Assembly (NCBI GenBank): GCA_964439815.1
Contig: CAYTPO010000142.1
Span: 6,310 to 70,309 of the forward strand
DNA from: an uncultured Thiotrichales bacterium
GTDB lineage: Bacteria > Pseudomonadota > Gammaproteobacteria > UWMA-0217
Reading direction: 5' to 3'
Length of the DNA stretch: 64,000 nucleotides
The notes beneath the pieces were generated by a model. The model had not been told where the DNA came from and did no database searches. It saw nothing but the letters and a program-made list of their open reading frames with translations. The position numbers and the translations under genes were made by a program. The number at the start of each line of letters is the position of its first letter. Position 1 is the stretch's first letter. Positions 21,181-31,686 of this stretch are shown here, one piece after another.

Positions 21181-22359
21181 TCACACTCCGCCGTAGTGTC
21201 GGGAGATATAGCGGTTGGCATGCTCCCGGGTTAGTTGATCGGTTGAATAAATCACGTCGAGGGTATCTGCAGGTTGTGCGTCGATACCATCAAGGCTCGC
21301 CGCGATGACATCGGCAATGGCCGTGAACGGCAGACGCTTGTCCAGAAAGGCCTCCACGGCAATTTCATTGGCGGCATTGAGGACGGTGGTCGCCGTACCA
21401 CCCGCCCGGCAGGCATCCCTGGCAAGCTGCAGGCACGGGAAACGCTGCATGTCGGGTGGCTCGAAATCCAGGTGGGCAACGGCAAAGAGGTCCAGTGGCT
21501 TGACTCCGGATTCGATACGCTCGGGCCATGCCATGGCATGGGCAATCGGTGTTCGCATGTCCGGGTTGCCCATTTGCGCCAGAACGGAACCATCCGTATA
21601 GGCCACCATGGAATGGATAATGCTCTGGGGATGAATCACGACCTCGATGTTATCGACATCGGTGTTGAACAGCCAGCAGGCTTCTATGATCTCCAACCCC
21701 TTGTTCATCATGGACGCCGAATCGACAGAAATCTTACGTCCCATCACCCAATTGGGATGCGCGCAGGCCTGCTCTGGTGTGACGGCGGCCAGGGTCTCCG
21801 GATCAGCCTTCCTGAAGGGGCCACCCGATGCAGTAAGCAGTATCCGTGTGACACCCACCTTGCCGGGACCGGCAAAATAATCTTCGGGCATGCATTGAAA
21901 AACGGCATTGTGCTCGCTGTCGATCGGCAGGAGCACGGCCCCGTGCGCCTGCACCGCATCCATGAACAACGCACCGGACATGACCAGGGCTTCCTTGTTG
22001 GCCAGCAACACATGCTTGCCTGCCCGGGCGGCTGCCAGTGTGGGAGGCAATCCGGCCGCCCCCACGATGCCCGCCATGACCAGCGCGGTTTCCTCCAGTT
22101 GACAAACCTCAGCCAGCCCCTCATCACCCGCCAGTACCGTGGTTTCCAGACCGGAGGCAGTGACGGCGCTGGCAAAATCCTCGGCCAGCGTTTCATCAGC
22201 CACTACCGCATAGGCTGGCTGCCATTTCAGGCACTGCTCCAGCAGGCGCTCGGTATTGCGGTTTGCAGTCAATGCCACCACATGAAAACGATTCGGGTGC
22301 CGTCCGACCACATCCAGCGTATTGACACCGATTGTGCCGGTTGACCCCAGTATGGTGAC
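21181..22359 (-). CDS. dxr: 1-deoxy-D-xylulose 5-phosphate reductoisomerase. The probable start is GTG at [11 protein letters not shown].
   Basis: ILGSTGSIG NADPH-binding N-terminus, colinear with Dxr. The upstream extension in the ORF track overlaps cdsA. Confidence 0.9.
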   Translation of the reverse strand, partial: VTILGSTGTIGVNTLDVVGRHPNRFHVVALTANRNTERLLEQCLKWQPAYAVVADETLAEDFASAVTASGLETTVLAGDEGLAEVCQLEETALVMAGIVGAAGLPPTLAAARAGKHVLLANKEALVMSGALFMDAVQAHGAVLLPIDSEHNAVFQCMPEDYFAGPGKVGVTRILLTASGGPFRKADPETLAAVTPEQACAHPNWVMGRKISVDSASMMNKGLEIIEACWLFNTDVDNIEVVIHPQSIIHSMVAYTDGSVLAQMGNPDMRTPIAHAMAWPERIESGVKPLDLFAVAHLDFEPPDMQRFPCLQLARDACRAGGTATTVLNAANEIAVEAFLDKRLPFTAIADVIAASLDGIDAQPADTLDVIYSTDQLTREHANRYISRHYGGV

Positions 22360-22451
22360 GCCCCGGCTCACGGCACGCCCCCGATGCCGGGCGTAGATGT
22401 TCGTGAGCAGATGGCAACTATGCAGAGGTTCATTAACATGATCAAAGACCC

Positions 22452-23264
22452 CTAGTTGAGAATCCATTGCAGGCCGAGGAAGAACAGCGGCGATGCAGCA
22501 ATATGACTGTCGAAACGATCCAGGATACCGCCGTGACCGGGAAGAATGCGGCCACTGTCCTTCTGCCCGGCTTCACGCTTGATCAGACTCTCGAACAAAT
22601 CACCTTCAATGGAGATCAACCCCACCACAAGGCTCAGTGCAACCAGCGCCGCCAGTTGCGTCGATGAAAACCCCTGCCAGAAAATCCCGACCAGCAGCGC
22701 AAATACCAGCACGCTGGAGATGCCCCCAATTGCACCCTCGATGGTTTTTCCGGGGCTGAGCTGAGGTGCCAGTTTGTGTTTGCCAAACAGCTTGCCCGCC
22801 AGAAAGGCAAACGAATCGGCCAGTCCGCAAAGCATCAGAATATACAGCACCCAGCCAAGGTGAATCTTCTGCAGCTCGATAAAGGCAACCCAGGCTGCGG
22901 GCAGAACCAGCAGGCCCACGATCGACAAGCGTCGCTGCCAGCGTCGGGCCGGATTGTCTCGACGATGATAACGATGCAATATGAATATGACACCCAGCCA
23001 GAATGCGGCAGCGACCAGCAGCCAGGTATTGGCCAGTGCCTTGTCCCTGCCCCACCACAGCAACGCCACAATCAGGACAAAGGCCAGCAGATACAACACC
23101 TTGTACAGTACGCTGTCTCCCAGCGTCAGCCGGGCCCACTCCCAGGCGCCCAGCGCAAACAGCACGGCAAAGGCCCCGGCAAACAGCGGTTGCGGCGCAA
23201 AGATCACGATGCTCAGCAGCACCGCTCCGAGTAATCCGCCCGAAATCAATCTCTGTTTAAGCAT
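22452..23264 (-). CDS. cdsA: Phosphatidate cytidylyltransferase. The real start is the internal Met ([10 protein letters not shown]).
   Basis: Multi-TM protein with the C-terminal CdsA signature ([13 protein letters not shown]...[29 protein letters not shown]). Confidence 0.85.
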   Translation of the reverse strand: MLKQRLISGGLLGAVLLSIVIFAPQPLFAGAFAVLFALGAWEWARLTLGDSVLYKVLYLLAFVLIVALLWWGRDKALANTWLLVAAAFWLGVIFILHRYHRRDNPARRWQRRLSIVGLLVLPAAWVAFIELQKIHLGWVLYILMLCGLADSFAFLAGKLFGKHKLAPQLSPGKTIEGAIGGISSVLVFALLVGIFWQGFSSTQLAALVALSLVVGLISIEGDLFESLIKREAGQKDSGRILPGHGGILDRFDSHIAASPLFFLGLQWILN

Positions 23265-23982
23265 CCCTGACCTGTTCACTGGTTTTGCCAAAGCGGCGTT
23301 CCCTGTTGGCAAAGGCCTGAAACGCCTCATCCAGACATTTGGCATCGAAATCCGGCCACAGGGCTGGAGAAAAGTACAACTCCGAATAGGCAATCTGCCA
23401 CAACAGGAAATTACTGATTCGCTGCTCCCCACCCGTGCGAATGAACAGGTCTGGATCAGGAAGGCCTGCGGTAGACACCCTGGCCGAAATGGCCGCCTCA
23501 TCGATATCGTCCGGGCTGAGTACACCGGATGCGACATCACTGGCAATCTGCCGAGCGGCAAAGACCAGATCCGCACGGCCACCATAATTGGCAGCAATCT
23601 GGAACAGCATGCCATCGCAATGCGCCGTGACCTCTTCGGTTCTGGCCATCTCCTGCTGCAAGCGGGCAGGAAAGCGGGAGCGATCCCCTATGATTCGCAT
23701 GCGGATATTGTTGCTGGCCATGCGCTTTGCCTCGCGGCGCAACGAGGCAAAGAAGAGTTCCATCAGCGTGGAAACTTCACCCTCCGGCCGCATCCAGTTC
23801 TCGCTGCTGAAGGCAAAGACGGTCAGGACTTCGACTCCCGCATCGGAGCAGTATTCCACCGTCCTGCGCGTTGCATCGACGCCTTTCTTGTGGCCGGCCG
23901 TACGCGGCAGCTGGCGCGCTCGCGCCCACCGTCCGTTTCCATCCATGATGATGGCGACATGCCTGGGAACTCTTGACTGCAA
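23257..23982 (-). CDS. uppS: Undecaprenyl pyrophosphate synthase
   Basis: 241 aa. HVAIIMDGNGRWA and FSSENW cis-prenyltransferase motifs. Confidence 0.95.
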   Translation of the reverse strand: MQSRVPRHVAIIMDGNGRWARARQLPRTAGHKKGVDATRRTVEYCSDAGVEVLTVFAFSSENWMRPEGEVSTLMELFFASLRREAKRMASNNIRMRIIGDRSRFPARLQQEMARTEEVTAHCDGMLFQIAANYGGRADLVFAARQIASDVASGVLSPDDIDEAAISARVSTAGLPDPDLFIRTGGEQRISNFLLWQIAYSELYFSPALWPDFDAKCLDEAFQAFANRERRFGKTSEQVRDA

Positions 23983-24003
23983 AATCTCTACTCGTGATGG
24001 AGA

Positions 24004-24561
24004 TCAGATCTCCATCAACTCCTTTTCCTTGACCGCCAGCAATGCTTCCATCTCCTTGATGGCCTTGTCGGTCAACTTCTGCACCCGATCCTGGGCACGC
24101 CTTTCATCGTCTTCCGAAATTTCCTTTTCCTTCTCAAGCTCCTTGAGATCACTGTTGGCATCGCGCCGAATATTGCGCACAGCCACCTTGCCATTCTCCA
24201 GTTCATGTCGAACGACCTTGACGAGATCGCGGCGACGCTCTTCAGTCAGTGCGGGCATGGGTACTCTGATTACGGAGCCGGCGGTCACTGGATTGAGGCC
24301 CAGATCCGAGGTCATGATGGCCTTTTCCACCTTACCCACCATGTCCTTTTCCCAGGGCGTTACAGCCAGTGTACGTGGATCATCGACATTGACATTGGCC
24401 ACCTGGCTGATTGGAACCTCGGAGCCATAATAATCGACCGTTACATGATCCAGCAGACTGGGATGTGCGCGGCCGGTACGAATCTTCGCCAGCTCGGAAC
24501 TCAGCGCAGCGATGCTCTTGTTCATGCGCTCTTCCGCATCTTTGAGAATATCGTCAATCAT
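24004..24561 (-). CDS. frr: Ribosome recycling factor
   Basis: 185 aa, colinear with Frr. Confidence 0.95.
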   Translation of the reverse strand: MIDDILKDAEERMNKSIAALSSELAKIRTGRAHPSLLDHVTVDYYGSEVPISQVANVNVDDPRTLAVTPWEKDMVGKVEKAIMTSDLGLNPVTAGSVIRVPMPALTEERRRDLVKVVRHELENGKVAVRNIRRDANSDLKELEKEKEISEDDERRAQDRVQKLTDKAIKEMEALLAVKEKELMEI

Positions 24562-24566
24562 TTTTG

Positions 24567-25295
24567 TTACCCGTTATATACAAAAGTGCCTATTTCATCG
24601 CCCTGCGCAACTCTGACAAGGTTGTTCGGCTCGTAGATATTGAAAATGCGCAACGGCAGACCATTGTCCCGGCACATGACGATGGCCGTGGCATCCATGA
24701 CACCCAGCTTCTGCTCCAGTGCCTCATCAAAGGTTACCTTGTCGTAGCGAACTGCATCCGGCACCTTGACCGGATCCGCATTATATACGCCATCGACCTT
24801 GGTTGCCTTAAGCAGGATATCCGCCTGGATTTCGATTCCCCGCAGGCTGGCCGCCGAATCGGTCGTAAAGTAGGGATTGCCGGTCCCCGCTGCAAAAACC
24901 ACCACTCGCCCCTTTTCCAGATGGCGAATCGCTCGGCGGCGGATATAGTCCTCACACACCTGATGCACCGTTAGCGCCGACATGACGCGAGTCTGGCAGC
25001 CCTGCTGTTCGATCGCATCCTGCAGCGCCAGTGCATTGATCACCGTTGCCAGCATTCCCATATGGTCACCGGTTACACGATCCGTGCCACCCTGAGCCAA
25101 CCCGGCGCCACGAAAGATATTGCCACCCCCAACGACCAGGGCCACCTGCACCCCCGAGTTCGCCAGTTCGGCGATCTCCTTCGCTACGCGCGCGATCATC
25201 GCCGGCTCGATACCGTAGTCCGAGTCCCCCATCAGGGCTTCACCGCTGAGCTTGAGCAAGATTCGTTTATAGGGCAGATTTGCGGGATCAGTCAT
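24567..25295 (-). CDS. pyrH: UMP kinase
   Basis: 242 aa. [10 protein letters not shown] and GGGNIFRG motifs. Confidence 0.95.
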   Translation of the reverse strand: MTDPANLPYKRILLKLSGEALMGDSDYGIEPAMIARVAKEIAELANSGVQVALVVGGGNIFRGAGLAQGGTDRVTGDHMGMLATVINALALQDAIEQQGCQTRVMSALTVHQVCEDYIRRRAIRHLEKGRVVVFAAGTGNPYFTTDSAASLRGIEIQADILLKATKVDGVYNADPVKVPDAVRYDKVTFDEALEQKLGVMDATAIVMCRDNGLPLRIFNIYEPNNLVRVAQGDEIGTFVYNG

Positions 25296-25561
25296 AGGTT
25301 GGGCATTCCTCGTCAGATTGAATTGGTGGGAGTCACTGTACCCGCTTCAGGTGCGGTGACCTTGATTCTGCGCATAAAAAAGGGACATTTTCATGCCCCT
25401 TCTTCTGCCTGAACAGTCTACCAAATTGATCCGCGATCATCAGCCTGAATCCGAGAATCAAGCGAGGATGGTTGATGCAGGATACCGGTTTCGCATTGGC
25501 TCCAGCAAACCCTGGCTTCACCCTTTGGATGAAGCGGGTATTTTCCGAGCCGCTGTGGAAT

Positions 25562-25620
25562 CAGGAGCTTGTGCCAGACACCTTGGTTAAGCTGCGGATT
25601 CAGGTACACTATTTCCAGAC
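25562..25620. repeat. Copy 1 of a roughly 54-nt repeated intergenic element (ccgctgtggaatcaggagcttgtgccagacacc...cggattcagg), located 3' of tsf
   Basis: Aligns at about 75-80% identity with 26749-26802 and 45177-45230, in the same orientation. All three copies sit just downstream of a gene's stop codon. Confidence 0.7.
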
Positions 25621-25652
25621 GAACCAATTGAATTGTCCAGGCAGTTGCCGTC

Positions 25653-26534
25653 CTAGCTTGACTTGACCTGAGCCATGACTTCTGCGGCAAAGTCTTCCTG
25701 CTTTTTCTCGACACCTTCACCCACCTCGACACGAGAAAACTGCATGACTTTCGCATCGGCATCCTTGAGCAACGCCTCGATGGTCTGATCGGGGTTCTTG
25801 ACGAACGGTTGCCCCAGCAAGGTGACTTCCTTGAGGTATTTCTTCATCCGGCCAGTCACCATCTTCTCGACGATATTATCCGGCTTGCCACTTTCGCGCG
25901 CCTGGGCGGAAAAGATTTCGCGCTCCTTTTCCAGCAACTCTGCCGGCACACCCGACTCGTCGATGCAGACAGGTCGACTCGCAGCAATATGCATAGCGAT
26001 ATCACGCGCCAGTGTTGCGTCACCACCTGCCAGCTCGACTACGACGCCAATACGAACACCGTGGCGATAGAAGCCGATTTCGCCTTCAGAGGCAGTAATT
26101 TTCTCGACGCGACGAACCTGAATGTTCTCACCGATCTTGGAGACCAGCTCCTGACGCGCTTCCTCGACACTCTTGCCATCGGACATGGTCTTGCCGGACA
26201 GGGATTCGGCATCCTCGGCACCTTCAGCCAGTGCGATGGCGCCTGTCTCCTCGGCAAAGCGAATGAAATTTTCATCCTTACCAACAAAATCCGTCTCGCA
26301 GTTGACCTCGACGATCGAAGCCTGTTTGCGATCATCGGCAACCGTGATGATGACCTGGCCTTCTGCTGCGACTCGTCCGGCCTTCTTGACGGCCTTGGCA
26401 GCACCTGATTTGCGCATTGCTTCGATGGCGGCTTCGATATCTCCACCAGCATCAGTCAATGCCCGTTTACATTCCATCATGCCTGCGCCTGTACGCTCGC
26501 GCAGATCCTTAACCATTGCGGCTGTTATGCTCAC
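25653..26534 (-). CDS. tsf: Elongation factor Ts
   Basis: 293 aa. MSITAAMVKDLRERTGAGMMECKRAL N-terminus. Confidence 0.95.
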   Translation of the reverse strand: MSITAAMVKDLRERTGAGMMECKRALTDAGGDIEAAIEAMRKSGAAKAVKKAGRVAAEGQVIITVADDRKQASIVEVNCETDFVGKDENFIRFAEETGAIALAEGAEDAESLSGKTMSDGKSVEEARQELVSKIGENIQVRRVEKITASEGEIGFYRHGVRIGVVVELAGGDATLARDIAMHIAASRPVCIDESGVPAELLEKEREIFSAQARESGKPDNIVEKMVTGRMKKYLKEVTLLGQPFVKNPDQTIEALLKDADAKVMQFSRVEVGEGVEKKQEDFAAEVMAQVKSS

Positions 26535-26748
26535 TTTTGTATAACTCCAGATTGGGTAACTCTATCCTTGCGGGCGCTCTCCCATCCCATCGTTTCTACA
26601 CGACCGGGATCAGACACCGCACCAAGGAAAACCTGTTAATAATGTCCTGAACCCGAGGTTTCAACGGGGATGCATGGTACAAGATACTGGTTTCAAGGTG
26701 GTTTCAGAAAACCCCTGCCACCCATAAGGTCAAGCGGATATTCTAGAA

Positions 26749-26802
26749 CCGCTGCGAAATCAGGAAATCGTGCCAGGCACCTCGTTCAAGCCCCGAATTC
26801 GG
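26749..26802. repeat. Copy 2 of the roughly 54-nt repeated element, in the rpsB-tsf intergenic region
   Basis: ccgctgcgaaatcaggaaatcgtgccaggcacctcgttcaagccccgaattcgg aligns with the copies at 25562 and 45177. Confidence 0.7.
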
Positions 26803-26851
26803 AAATGTGGCAACTGCTCAATGCGCAGCTGCCAGAATGCCGATGAAAGAA

Positions 26852-27679
26852 TCAGGCGTCAGATGATGCTTCCCCAGCGGCTGCAGCCGGTGCAGCTTCG
26901 GCCTGGGCAGGAGCCGGTTCAGCAGCGGCTTTTGCTTCTGCCTCGGCCGCTGCAGCCTCTTCCTGCGCGGCCAGCTGGGCAGCGGCAGCATTGGCGCTGG
27001 CTGCCTTGCCTTCGTTGATCGCATCGGCAATCGCAGTGACATACAGCTGGATGGCGCGAATGGCATCATCGTTGCCGGGAATGACATAATCGATGCCTTC
27101 AGGCGAGTTGTTGGTATCGACGACTGCAACGATGGGGATACCGAGCTTTTTGGCTTCATTGATGGCAATACGTTCGTAGCCAACATCCAGTACGAACATG
27201 GCGTCGGGAATGGTGCGCATGTCCTTGATGCCACCCAACGTCTTGTCGAGCTTCGCCAATTCACGGCGACGCATGAGAACCTCTTTCTTGCCCAGGCGCT
27301 CGAATGTGCCGTCCGTCTCCATGCTTTCCAGCTCCTTGAGACGATTGATCGACTGCTTGACGGTCTTGAAGTTGGTGAGCATGCCGCCCAACCAGCGCTG
27401 ATCGACGAAAGGCATGCCGCAGCGTTGCGCTTCCGAGCGAATGGCATCACGTGCTGAACGCTTGGTGCCAACGATCATGATGGTGCCGCCCTTGGAGGCC
27501 AGCTTGCCGAGATAGTTCATGGCATCATCAAACATCGGCAAGGTCTTTTCGAGGTTGATGATATGAATCTTGTTGCGGGCACCAAAGATATAAGGTGCCA
27601 TCTTGGGACACCAGTAGCGGGTCTGGTGACCAAAGTGAACGCCAGCTTCCAGCATCTGACGCATTGTAACTTTTACCAT
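26852..27679 (-). CDS. rpsB: 30S ribosomal protein S2. The real start is at [19 protein letters not shown].
   Basis: Colinear with ribosomal protein S2. The ORF-track entry carries 8 spurious upstream codons. Confidence 0.95.
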   Translation of the reverse strand: MVKVTMRQMLEAGVHFGHQTRYWCPKMAPYIFGARNKIHIINLEKTLPMFDDAMNYLGKLASKGGTIMIVGTKRSARDAIRSEAQRCGMPFVDQRWLGGMLTNFKTVKQSINRLKELESMETDGTFERLGKKEVLMRRRELAKLDKTLGGIKDMRTIPDAMFVLDVGYERIAINEAKKLGIPIVAVVDTNNSPEGIDYVIPGNDDAIRAIQLYVTAIADAINEGKAASANAAAAQLAAQEEAAAAEAEAKAAAEPAPAQAEAAPAAAAGEASSDA

Positions 27680-27910
27680 TTTCAATACTCCATAGCGAAA
27701 CATTGCGCAGACAACTCAAGAGGTCGCAACAGTGCTTCAGGGGTTAGAACCTCCACATACCCCGACTGACAACCATCATTATTGCGACGGCACCCAGCCA
27801 GCCGTGTCGGTATGTGTGTGAATTTACCTGCCACCTTCAGGTGCAGGCGCGCGCTTTATACCACAAAGAAACAGCTACTCCAACAAAAAAACGGAGCCAG
27901 ACGAGTCCAC

Positions 27911-28615
27911 TTATTTGATATCAATCATGTTGGGGACTTCACGAACAAACTCCCTGGAGCCTTTTTCCAGCTCGTCAGCCGAATCGACCGGATTGGGCAT
28001 GCTGACGGATGGGAACTCCCACCCTCCGGGCATGGTTCCCATCTCACTGGGCGCATCGATCATGTCATCCCACATGTTGGCAAATCCCTCCTTGGGTCCA
28101 CCTCTGCCACCAAACCAGCTACTGGGGCCATTACCCCTCCCAAACCAATTTCGTGGACCATTGCCCCCAAACCAGTTACCCCGATTGAATGAACCACTGT
28201 TCCAGGGGCCACTCGACCAGGGGCTTCGGCTTCCCATGCGTGGCATGGAGAATCCCATCGGGCCGTTGGAATAGCCGTTCGAGTATCCGTAAGGGCGCCT
28301 GTATCCATAACCGGGACGGCCTCCACCATAGGGATAATAACCTCGCTGGGCGGGATACCCACGGTTGCCATAATAGTAACCCTGCTGTTGCGGCGCCGCA
28401 GCAGGTTGCCGGACGGCCGCCCGGGGGGCCGCCGCAGGTACCGACGGCGCAACCGCCGCCGATGGCGCAGGCGCTGCAGCAGGTGGCATGGCGGATGGCA
28501 CCTCATCCGGCTCCAGTGGCGGGAATTCCAGCTTCTGCTCGGCAGTGGTGTCTGCCGCCGCCAGCATTGGATAGAACATGGCCGTCAACACCAGCGCAAT
28601 ACTTTTCGATTTCAT
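27911..28615 (-). CDS. Secreted low-complexity Gly/Tyr/Trp/Pro-rich protein, candidate sulfur-globule-envelope-like structural protein
   Basis: Signal peptide MKSKSIALVLTAMFYPMLAAA. A Pro/Ala-rich linker is followed by GYYYGNRGY...GYGYRRPYGYSNGYSNG and NWFGGNGPRNWFGRGNGPSSWFGGRGG repeats. Its composition recalls the Sgp proteins of purple sulfur bacteria, and aprBA is present in the same window. Confidence 0.5.
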   Translation of the reverse strand: MKSKSIALVLTAMFYPMLAAADTTAEQKLEFPPLEPDEVPSAMPPAAAPAPSAAVAPSVPAAAPRAAVRQPAAAPQQQGYYYGNRGYPAQRGYYPYGGGRPGYGYRRPYGYSNGYSNGPMGFSMPRMGSRSPWSSGPWNSGSFNRGNWFGGNGPRNWFGRGNGPSSWFGGRGGPKEGFANMWDDMIDAPSEMGTMPGGWEFPSVSMPNPVDSADELEKGSREFVREVPNMIDIK

Positions 28616-28779
28616 GTGAGCCCACCTGTGGCTTTCTCGTTGCAATGGCTCATTGAATCACTTTTCGGACTATCACGCTATAAAGTCAATAAGTTAGAAT
28701 ATTACGCTTTACTGAATCGACGTTTCTCTATCAACTTCCTGCAAGCTATACTGCATCGATACACCCTTTCACTCAGGTC

Positions 28780-29430
28780 ATGAACTCCTCCGTACCCGAT
28801 AACGAACTGCCTGTCACCGCTGCCAGCAATCTGATTGCCTGTCGCGACTGCGATCTGCTGCAAACACTGCCGACACTCAAGCACTCTGCGAGAATCTGCT
28901 GCGTCCGTTGCGGTGCCACGCTATACCAATTCAAGAAAAACAGCATCGAACGCAGCCTCGCTCTGGCCAGTACAGGCCTGATCCTGTTTCTGGTCAGCAA
29001 CATGCTGCCGTTTCTGGCCCTCAATGCCCAGGGCCGGGTTCAGGAAGCCAGCCTGCTCTCCAGCAGTCTGACCCTGTACCAGCAGGGCCGCCCCTTTCTC
29101 GGGATTCTGGTCTTTGCCACCACCTTCATGTTTCCACTGTTCAATCTGCTGGCCATCCTCTACCTGCTCATCCCACTGAAATTGGGGAAGACGCTGAACT
29201 ACAGCAGGCGTGTTTTCCGCTTTTTGCAGAGCACCGAGCCATGGGGCATGCTGGAGGTCTTCATGCTGGCAACCCTCGTGGCTGTCGTCAAACTGGGGGA
29301 TCTGGCAACCGTTATTCCGGGCCCCTCTCTCTATGCCTTCAGCCTGCTCATTTTCGTACTTGCCGCATTGAACAGCTCTCTCGATCCGCATCTGATCTGG
29401 CATAAACTGGACTCGAAATGTCAGCACTGA
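28780..29430 (+). CDS. pqiA: Paraquat-inducible protein A-like membrane protein, first of two half-size pqiA genes
   Basis: Cys pairs CRDCDL...CVRCG followed by 4 TM helices, like one PqiA repeat unit. Confidence 0.8.
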   Translation: MNSSVPDNELPVTAASNLIACRDCDLLQTLPTLKHSARICCVRCGATLYQFKKNSIERSLALASTGLILFLVSNMLPFLALNAQGRVQEASLLSSSLTLYQQGRPFLGILVFATTFMFPLFNLLAILYLLIPLKLGKTLNYSRRVFRFLQSTEPWGMLEVFMLATLVAVVKLGDLATVIPGPSLYAFSLLIFVLAALNSSLDPHLIWHKLDSKCQH

Positions 29431-30038
29431 CCGCTGCCTCCGCCGGACTTGTTTCCTGCCATGTCTGTGATGCACTGTCGCAGCAACCCCAGGGCCGATC
29501 TACCCGGATCGCCTGCCCACGCTGTGGCGCGCGCGTCCATTCACGCCTGCCGCGCAGCATCCATCGTACCTGGGCCCTGCTGCTGGCTTCGATGCTTCTC
29601 TATGTCCCCGCCAATCTGTTCCCCATCATGAGCGTGGTCTGGCTGGGACAGGGGGAACCCGCCACGATTATCGAAGGGGTGCAGCAACTGATTGCCGAAG
29701 GGATGTGGCCTCTGGCCCTGATCGTCTTTGTCGCCAGTGTCTTCATTCCACTGTTGAAAATGCTGGTACTGGCGCTGTTGCTGATGTCGGTGCAGCTGGG
29801 TTCGACCTGGCGGATGCGTGACAGAACACGGCTCTATCGGATCACTGAATTTGTTGGTCGCTGGTCCATGGTCGACATCTTCGTCATTGGCATTCTGGCC
29901 GCGCTGGTACAATTTGGCACCCTTGCCACCATCGAACCCGGCATTGGCTCCCTCTCGTTTGCCGCCGTCGTCGTCCTGACAATGTTTGCCGCACACAGTT
30001 TCGACCCACGCCTGATCTGGGATGCACTCAATGACTGA
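29418..30038 (+). CDS. pqiA: Paraquat-inducible protein A-like membrane protein, second half-size pqiA gene, overlapping the first by 13 nt
   Basis: CHVCDAL...CPRCG followed by TM helices; paralogous to the preceding ORF. Confidence 0.8.
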   Translation: MSALTAASAGLVSCHVCDALSQQPQGRSTRIACPRCGARVHSRLPRSIHRTWALLLASMLLYVPANLFPIMSVVWLGQGEPATIIEGVQQLIAEGMWPLALIVFVASVFIPLLKMLVLALLLMSVQLGSTWRMRDRTRLYRITEFVGRWSMVDIFVIGILAALVQFGTLATIEPGIGSLSFAAVVVLTMFAAHSFDPRLIWDALND

Positions 30039-31686
30039 CCCATCACTCGACCAACTCCCCGAGGCCATTACCGAGGAAGGCAGCCGCTTTTCCCTGGTCT
30101 GGCTGATTCCGATTCTGGCGCTGGTGATTGGTGGCTGGCTGGTCTACAAGTCCTATAGTGAAAAGGGACCAACCATCACCATCAGCTTTAGCGAAGCCGA
30201 GGGTCTGGAACCGGGCAAGACACGCGTGCGCTACAAGAACGTGGATGTCGGCAAGGTCAAGCGTATCGAGCTGAATGAAGACCTGTCCCATGTGGAAGTA
30301 ACCGTGGAACTGAAGAAATCCATTGGCAGTCATCTCAATGAAAACACCCAGTTCTGGATCGTCAGCCCACGCATCAACCCCAGGGGAATCTCCGGCCTCA
30401 ACACACTGATTTCCGGTATCTATATCGGCATGGATCCGGGAGAAGGTGGCGCTGCCCTGAGCCATTACAACGGACGCACCGAGCCATTGCCCATCAAGTC
30501 GGACGCAGCCGGCAAGCCGTATGTATTGACAGCAGACAGTCTGGGCTCGCTGGATATCGGCTCCGGCATCTACTATCGCCAGATCCAGGTTGGGGAAGTT
30601 ACCGGCTATCATCTTGACAGCAACGGGCGCTCCGTTGTCATCAATATCTTCATTAATGCCCCCTACGATCAGCTGATTCACGAAAACAGCCGCTTCTGGA
30701 ACGCCAGTGGCTTTGATCTGCGCCTGACATCAGAAGGCGTCAGCGCCAGGCTCGAATCGTTATCGGCATTACTGACCGGCGGAATTGGCGTAGATACACC
30801 ACACAACCTGGAGGCCGGCGCACTTACCGTGGGTGGAGAACGTTTTGCGCTACTGCCCGACCACGCCAGCATCGAAAACAAACCCTACTCACTGACCGAG
30901 TATTACGTGCTCTATTTCGACAGTTCGATACGCGGCTTGCATATCGGAGCAACCGTCGAGTTCAGGGGGATTCAAGTCGGCGAGGTCATCGATATCGACG
31001 TACAGATGGATCATCGTACGCTGGAGGTCAGGATTCCGGTACTGATCGCACTGCACCCGGATCTGATCACCGTCAGCGGTGACATTGGCAGCCCCGAATC
31101 CGTGCTGGAAACTCTGGTAACCCGCGGTCTGCGTGCACAGCTGGCATCAGGCAATCTGCTGACCGGGCAACTGTTTGTCGATCTCGACTTTCTCGAAGAG
31201 GTACCGGACGCCCAGATCACTCAGTCAGGTCCCTTCCGCGTATTCCCCACCGTGCCAGGCGCCATGGAAAAGCTCACCCGCAACGCCACCGAGCTGCTGA
31301 ACAAGATCGGCAATGTCCCACTGGTGGAAATCACCAATGATCTGCGCGATACCATCAAGGCACTGCGGGGAATGATCGAGTCTCCTGCCTCGAAAAATGC
31401 CGTCACACATCTTGCCACCCTGCTGGACAACACCAGTTCGCTGGCGAAAAAGCTCGACCGTGCGGTCCCCACACTGGCAAAACGAATCGAGTCATCATTG
31501 ACGCAAGCGGAAAAGACACTCGCCACAGCGGATGCAACACTGTCGGAGGATTCCCCATTGATCTACGACATTCGTCTCCTCATCGACCAGCTCTCTTCAG
31601 CCATCAACTCCTTCGAGGCATTAACCGACTACCTCGAACGACACCCCAATGCGCTGCTCTACGGTAAAACCATCGATACCCCATGA
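30022..31686 (+). CDS. pqiB: MCE-domain protein PqiB (intermembrane transport protein)
   Basis: 554 aa. N-terminal TM segment, three MCE-like domains and a C-terminal helical region. Operon position after pqiA. Confidence 0.85.
   Translation: MHSMTDPSLDQLPEAITEEGSRFSLVWLIPILALVIGGWLVYKSYSEKGPTITISFSEAEGLEPGKTRVRYKNVDVGKVKRIELNEDLSHVEVTVELKKSIGSHLNENTQFWIVSPRINPRGISGLNTLISGIYIGMDPGEGGAALSHYNGRTEPLPIKSDAAGKPYVLTADSLGSLDIGSGIYYRQIQVGEVTGYHLDSNGRSVVINIFINAPYDQLIHENSRFWNASGFDLRLTSEGVSARLESLSALLTGGIGVDTPHNLEAGALTVGGERFALLPDHASIENKPYSLTEYYVLYFDSSIRGLHIGATVEFRGIQVGEVIDIDVQMDHRTLEVRIPVLIALHPDLITVSGDIGSPESVLETLVTRGLRAQLASGNLLTGQLFVDLDFLEEVPDAQITQSGPFRVFPTVPGAMEKLTRNATELLNKIGNVPLVEITNDLRDTIKALRGMIESPASKNAVTHLATLLDNTSSLAKKLDRAVPTLAKRIESSLTQAEKTLATADATLSEDSPLIYDIRLLIDQLSSAINSFEALTDYLERHPNALLYGKTIDTP

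Noticed and set aside
17485-24430. Multiple long plus-strand ORFs (17485-18357, 19246-19896, 21274-22344, 22981-23976, 23588-24430) antisense to bamA, rseP, dxr, cdsA and uppS
   Set aside because: All overlap highly conserved housekeeping genes on the minus strand and show no motifs.
26535-26851. Possible riboswitch or sRNA in the long rpsB-tsf intergenic region
   Set aside because: The conserved part is accounted for by copy 2 of the 54-nt repeat. No riboswitch consensus was recognisable by eye.
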